Below are positions 59,183 through 64,000 of a stretch of DNA of 64,000 nucleotides, piece by piece. The notes under the pieces were generated by a model. It was not told the DNA's origin. It ran no database searches and saw only the letters and a list, made by a program, of their open reading frames with translations. The stretch spans positions 1 to 64,000 of IMG/VR virus record IMGVR_UViG_3300028833_000148. One strand, given 5' to 3'. Numbering within the stretch: the stretch's first letter is position 1; each line of letters starts with the position of its first letter. Position numbers and translations under genes: made by a program. Origin of the DNA: an uncultured virus (IMG/VR IMGVR_UViG_3300028833_000148). Taxonomy: Duplodnaviria > Heunggongvirae > Uroviricota > Caudoviricetes.

Positions 59183-59617
59183 ATGAAGCGTTTAAATAAG
59201 GAATATAAGTTAGATGTATGCAACCATGTAATTGTAAAATATGGTAGTGTCAACAAGGACAATCCACAAGTTATTTATGTAAGTGGAAAATGTTGGGTAT
59301 CCCCCAAAACTCAAATGGATTATGGATATGTCATATCGAGGATTGAGAAAGAAATGAAAAAAAGTATAAAGTTATTCTTGATTGACGAAATAAATTTTAC
59401 TAATAGGTTTATATTGGATTTTGACATCAACACAGATAAATTCAATATTGGCGATAAAAAGTTTCTATCCTTTGATTTCTATCTGAGGCAGAATGATTCT
59501 GATGTGAAGAAACTAAAGGATTTGAAAGAAATGCTTTCTAATAAAGTAAGCACGGTTGTCAACAACTTAGTTTATCTTTTCAAGGAAAATGGCTTTACTG
59601 TGGAGAAAAGAAAGTAA
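59183..59617 (+). CDS. hypothetical protein
   Basis: 144-aa ORF; KYGSVNKDNP..IY. Confidence 0.65.
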   Translation: MKRLNKEYKLDVCNHVIVKYGSVNKDNPQVIYVSGKCWVSPKTQMDYGYVISRIEKEMKKSIKLFLIDEINFTNRFILDFDINTDKFNIGDKKFLSFDFYLRQNDSDVKKLKDLKEMLSNKVSTVVNNLVYLFKENGFTVEKRK

Positions 59618-59653
59618 TCTTATGTTATATTTATATTAAAATATACATTAAAT

Positions 59654-60031
59654 ATGAAAAGGATTATAAGGTTAACAGAATCTGACTTACATAGGATTAT
59701 TAGGAATTCAGTATCTAGGATATTAAAAGAAGATGTTCTAGGAAATGACTGGCGTCAAGGTGATGATAATTCAGTCATGAACAACTATGAGCCATTTGAA
59801 GACCAGATTGATAGATACGAGGCTGAGAATGAATTCAGAAATCAGCATGATTGGGGTGCTCAAGGCGAAGAGGATATTGACCCAACACATTATAACCAAG
59901 ACAGCAATGTACTAGGTTGGAATGATGATGAAGCAGAAGGGTATAAGGAAGACCCAGATTGGTATAGGGATGATGTAAACCAAGTTAACGATAGTCCGTC
60001 AGACGGAGATTTATATCGTGGCAGTTGGTAA
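59654..60031 (+). CDS. IRLTESDL-leader acidic protein
   Basis: MKRIIRLTESDLHRIIRNSVSRILKE; TATTTATA 59628-59635. Confidence 0.7.
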   Translation: MKRIIRLTESDLHRIIRNSVSRILKEDVLGNDWRQGDDNSVMNNYEPFEDQIDRYEAENEFRNQHDWGAQGEEDIDPTHYNQDSNVLGWNDDEAEGYKEDPDWYRDDVNQVNDSPSDGDLYRGSW

Positions 60032-60061
60032 TAAAATAAAAACTATTGTTTATTTAAAATT

Positions 60062-60460
60062 ATGGTAAGAATAATAAGGTTAACTGAAAATGACTTACAT
60101 AGGATAGTTGGCAATTCTGTTAAAAGAATCATAAAAGAAATTGGTGGGGTTTACCCAGATGGGCAAATGGATATGTTTCTTGACCAAGATGGGGTTGATG
60201 AGTATAGAAGCCAATCAAATAATGGAATGATTCAAGGATTGCTAAAAGCAGAGAAACTATGCGGATGGGGTCATTCAGCAACAAAAGATATGGGAAATTA
60301 TACTGTTTATACTTGCTACCCTAAAAACGGAATGCATAAAAGCAGACAAGAATTTATGGACGCAATAATAAATTTCTCTCCTAGGAAAAACAGTGTACAT
60401 TTTGTATCTAACAGAGGTGGTGTGACAGATGCATTTATGGTCAGAATTGACAATATATGA
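60062..60460 (+). CDS. IRLTENDL-leader protein
   Basis: MVRIIRLTENDLHRIVGNSVKRIIKE; terminator at 60468-60500. Confidence 0.7.
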   Translation: MVRIIRLTENDLHRIVGNSVKRIIKEIGGVYPDGQMDMFLDQDGVDEYRSQSNNGMIQGLLKAEKLCGWGHSATKDMGNYTVYTCYPKNGMHKSRQEFMDAIINFSPRKNSVHFVSNRGGVTDAFMVRIDNI

Positions 60461-60658
60461 GAAAGATAAAGCGAAGCCTTTAAATGAGACTTCGCTTTTT
60501 TATTTCGTTTAATAGAATGTTGTTATCTTCAATTATATCCTCAATAAACAAGGCATCGTCATACATATGATTGAAATGCTCATCGAGTCTATGCAAAGAA
60601 TGGAATTTATTGAAAATATATATTATTGGAATATTGTGTTCTTTTATATAAAAAAACA

Positions 60659-61369
60659 TTAAGAATTCAAAATATTTTTAATTTTATTTATTTTTTCGTT
60701 AATAGGTGTTTTATTATTATTTACCACATTTTTTTCAATCCAAAGACCCATTTCTTCCTCGCCATTCATTGATATAAAGGCATTATTTGTACTAGGGTCA
60801 CTGACAACATCCCAACATATTAATTCAAAGTCATCACCAACAATGTATTGTCCTAGTTTTTGTTCTACTGACCCAACACCTCTTGATGATACACCAATTT
60901 TATATCCATTGATGAGAAGGTTCGCCATCTGGTCTCCGCGTGTTGTCACCATACCATATTTTCTGAAACCATATGATGTGTTAATTTCTAGTTTTCCGAC
61001 AAGGGTTCTTCCTTCCCAGTGTAATTCTACTATATTTATTGCAATTCTATCTAGGTCAATGGTACTTTCTGCTGGGTGATTTAATTCGCCCAATGCCCTT
61101 CTTTCGTCAATTTTCTGCTGATATAATTCAACTTGTTTTTTTAATACTTCCTCTGGATATATTCTACCATTAGCATTTTTAATGCCGAATTTTTGGAAAA
61201 CAGCGTCTACGACAAATGGGTATGGGATATTCCATTCACCATTTTCTATTCCTTCCCTAATCATTTGGTTTTCTTTTGTGTTTTTCAAAAACATAAATCC
61301 ATCGTTTTCAATTAGAATACCATGACCAGTTTTACCCTCTTTAATTATATCTAATTCATTTTTTTTCAT
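60659..61369 (-). CDS. prohead core protease (T4 gp21-like)
   Basis: NANGRIYP, ALGELNHP, GVSSRGVGS, DVVSDPS motifs. Confidence 0.93.
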   Translation of the reverse strand: MKKNELDIIKEGKTGHGILIENDGFMFLKNTKENQMIREGIENGEWNIPYPFVVDAVFQKFGIKNANGRIYPEEVLKKQVELYQQKIDERRALGELNHPAESTIDLDRIAINIVELHWEGRTLVGKLEINTSYGFRKYGMVTTRGDQMANLLINGYKIGVSSRGVGSVEQKLGQYIVGDDFELICWDVVSDPSTNNAFISMNGEEEMGLWIEKNVVNNNKTPINEKINKIKNILNS

Positions 61370-61520
61370 TTTTATTAATTTTTATTATAAATATTTATCA
61401 CAAACCAAATATTTATAATATACAAAGCATAATTACAACGAATTAAAAAACATTAAGTGATATTTTTTTGTTATTATGTAATATTTATATTTAAAATAAT
61501 GTATTAAATCTATTTTCTAA

Positions 61521-63068
61521 ATGAATAAAAATATTAGAAGCAAAGTAGTGAAAGAATCTTTATTGGATTACAATACACTCGCTAATTCTTTGAGGGAAAA
61601 TACTGAAAGTGCAGTCAAGACTCTTTTAGATGAGGCTGTACGTGATACATATGCCAAGTTATTGTCTGAGGACGATGACAAGGACTACGAAGAAGAGGAA
61701 GTGGAAGATACTAGTTCTGATATTACAAATGATGCTGATTCAGTAGATGCCTCTACGGATGGCGTAGAGGACGCTGACACTGGTAAGGAAGCAGATGAGC
61801 CAACTGACGATGCAGTAATTGATGGTGGTGATGACACTAATAGTGATGACACTAGCATTGATGATGCAAGCGTAGAGGGTGACGAATCAAGCGAAGATGG
61901 TGACGGATGGGCAGAGTTTGATAAATATAAAATATCAGACGATGAGTATGACTTTTCAAATGCGGAAGACGAGGAAATCGTAAAGGTTTACAAGCTAATG
62001 AAGAATGATGACCAGATACTCGTTCATAAGGACGATAATGGCAACGTAAACATTCAAGACAATGAAACTGGAGCTGAGTACCTAATCAATCTTGGTGATA
62101 ATGGAGAAGCGACAGATGTTGCTGCATCCAACTCAAGTGATGATGATGTAATTACAGATGATGAAGGTGCTGATGATTTCGGTGCAGAAGATGATTATGA
62201 AAATGATTATGACGATATGAATGAATCAACAGAAAGAATGTTTGAATTAGTATTAGAGTACGATTCAAATGTAGGATACACTGACAATTATCAGAAAAAA
62301 GATGTAATGACAAATCCAGGCATGTCAGAGCCAGGTAAAAATGTAAACGACTGGGACGCTGGTGTTCCTCACGGAACTGAGAAACCTTGGAGTGGATACC
62401 CAGGCAAGAAAAGTAAAGCAGACAAACCATTCAATGCTGAAAAAGGAAAGCAGATTGAAGAGGGTGAGGATGTAGAAGGTTCAATGGAAGAATGTGGCAA
62501 CGTTGATGCGCCAGTTGAGGAAGCAACAAACGTTGGTGGATTCGTACAGCAGAACAGCACATCTAAGTCTCACGTTCCAAACTCAAACGGACGTAATGCT
62601 CGTTCAATGAGTAAGGGTGGTAAGAGAGTTAAGGGTACTGTAACACCACGTTATAGCGGTGGAGAGGAAGATTCAGTATCAGAGAGCTTTATGAAGAGAG
62701 CGAATAAAGCACTTAGCGAAAACAAGGAATTAAAATCTACTTTAACTGACGTAATGAAGTCATTGAAGGAGGCTGCCGTTACAAACCACAATCTTGGTAT
62801 GATAATCAAGTTGATTTCTGAAAACTCAACAACACAAGATGAGAAGAAAGAGATTATTTCAAGATTCTCAAAAGAGGCTAAGACAGTAGATGCATCTAAA
62901 ACACTCTATGAGTCAATTAGCAGAGACCTTCAGAAATCAAAGAAAATGAACATCACTGAAGACAAGTCTCTTACAGTTGAAGGTTCAAAGAAAATCAATG
63001 AGACAAAAATCTACCAGTCAAAAGATGTGTTAGATTCTCTTGATTTAATGCACAGAATGATGAAATAA
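61521..63068 (+). CDS. prohead scaffolding/core protein candidate
   Basis: lies between protease and major capsid genes; acidic linker and coiled-coil C-terminus; TATTTATA 61482-61489. Confidence 0.7.
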   Translation: MNKNIRSKVVKESLLDYNTLANSLRENTESAVKTLLDEAVRDTYAKLLSEDDDKDYEEEEVEDTSSDITNDADSVDASTDGVEDADTGKEADEPTDDAVIDGGDDTNSDDTSIDDASVEGDESSEDGDGWAEFDKYKISDDEYDFSNAEDEEIVKVYKLMKNDDQILVHKDDNGNVNIQDNETGAEYLINLGDNGEATDVAASNSSDDDVITDDEGADDFGAEDDYENDYDDMNESTERMFELVLEYDSNVGYTDNYQKKDVMTNPGMSEPGKNVNDWDAGVPHGTEKPWSGYPGKKSKADKPFNAEKGKQIEEGEDVEGSMEECGNVDAPVEEATNVGGFVQQNSTSKSHVPNSNGRNARSMSKGGKRVKGTVTPRYSGGEEDSVSESFMKRANKALSENKELKSTLTDVMKSLKEAAVTNHNLGMIIKLISENSTTQDEKKEIISRFSKEAKTVDASKTLYESISRDLQKSKKMNITEDKSLTVEGSKKINETKIYQSKDVLDSLDLMHRMMK

Positions 63069-63137
63069 TCGCACTTTTTAATTCTTGTGTATATTTATAT
63101 TAAAAAATAATAAGTTAAATAAACTTCATTTATCTAT

Positions 63138-64000
63138 ATGAAAGAATTTTTATCAAGTGGTGTAGTTGGTAATATCGAGTACAACGCACAAAAACAGATA
63201 CGTGAGAGCATTCAGCACCGTTGGGATGAACTTGGATTCACCGAGGGTCTTCCAGAGGGTATTAAGGAGAATGTTGCTACATTGTATGAAAATGAGGCAA
63301 AGCACTTGATTTACGAGGCTACTGCTTCAGATAATAGCGGTTCATTCGAGACCGTTGTATTCCCTATCATTCGTAGGGTATTTAGCAAGCTTCTTGCTAA
63401 TGATATTGTATCAGTTCAAGCAATGAACCTTCCAGTTGGTAAGTTGTTCTTCATTCTTCCTGTTACTTCAGAGAGAGAGTGGGAACTTCCAGAAGGTGCT
63501 GCTGGTGAACCAGGTGACATCTATGATGGAACTACTGGTCGTCATAAGGGTCTTATGGGCTATGACAGAGTTAACCGTAATAAGGAAGGTCGTGTTGAGC
63601 CAAGATACTATCTCCCAGATGAGACAATTAATGAACTTAACAAAAATCAGTGGTACGTACCACAGTTGAATCAGACCGTAGCAGACGCAAAGGATTATGA
63701 TGCAGCTCTTGCAGATGCTCAAGCCGCTGGTCTTGGTGTAACAGCACTTCGTCAAGCTGGTCCTGAGGTAACTCAGTATTTCCAGAAGAGTTTGTATGAC
63801 TTATTCTACAATGACTTCTTGTATGACAACTCTAAGGGTAAAGTTACCATTAAAGTTGGTGAAGCTATTCCAGCATTTTTGACACCTGGTGGTGTTCGTC
63901 CATTCGGAGCTGACAACCTTAATAAGTATTTCAAGAGTGGTTTTGACGGAACTATTCGTAACTTAATCCTTGAGATTGATGGTTTCTCTTCATTCAATGC
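63138..64000 (+). CDS. major capsid protein (T4 gp23-like), truncated by window end
   Basis: MKEFLSSG...RWDELGF.EGL...LYEN...FPIIRRVFSKLLANDIVSVQAMNLPVGKLFF; TATTTATA 63092-63099. Confidence 0.92.
   Translation, partial: MKEFLSSGVVGNIEYNAQKQIRESIQHRWDELGFTEGLPEGIKENVATLYENEAKHLIYEATASDNSGSFETVVFPIIRRVFSKLLANDIVSVQAMNLPVGKLFFILPVTSEREWELPEGAAGEPGDIYDGTTGRHKGLMGYDRVNRNKEGRVEPRYYLPDETINELNKNQWYVPQLNQTVADAKDYDAALADAQAAGLGVTALRQAGPEVTQYFQKSLYDLFYNDFLYDNSKGKVTIKVGEAIPAFLTPGGVRPFGADNLNKYFKSGFDGTIRNLILEIDGFSSFN

Noticed and set aside
1..64000. Genome-wide TAG-to-Gln recoding as in Lak and some crAss-like phages
   Set aside because: Long late genes (terminase, portal, polyprotein) are intact in the standard code, and several genes end at TAG right before the next gene or a terminator.

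Overview
A 64-kb segment of a large, T4-superfamily-like (jumbo-type) dsDNA phage. The host is very probably a member of the Bacteroidota: host-type TTTG...TAnnTTTG promoters precede many genes, and start codons sit in A-rich contexts. The standard genetic code fits. The window has four zones. (1) 1-11.9 kb holds small early genes in cassettes bounded by repeated terminator/promoter hairpins, a UvrD-like helicase, a sigma-70 factor, two non-coding operons of atypical tRNA-like RNAs, a repeated 16-bp palindrome and two parS-like sites. (2) About 11.9-12.1 kb is a G/C-tract junction where transcription converges. (3) 12-40 kb holds nucleotide metabolism, RNA-repair and proteostasis genes: phosphoesterases, dNMP kinase, thioredoxin, a second helicase, a nucleotidyltransferase, Thg1, ClpC-like ATPase, DNA ligase, ThyA and a GIY-YIG endonuclease. 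(4) 40-64 kb is the late head module: terminase, portal, prohead protease, scaffold and the start of the major capsid gene, plus putative capsid-packaged effectors sharing an IRLTESDL-type leader and a TATTTATA upstream motif. The most unusual observations are a phosphoesterase gene interrupted by a hairpin-ACC-TAG-GT-ACT element resembling a ribosomal bypass signal, a probable -1 frameshift in a head protein gene, non-canonical tRNA mimics with compensatory base changes, and host-type parS sites. All calls come from motif recognition by eye; no database searches were run.
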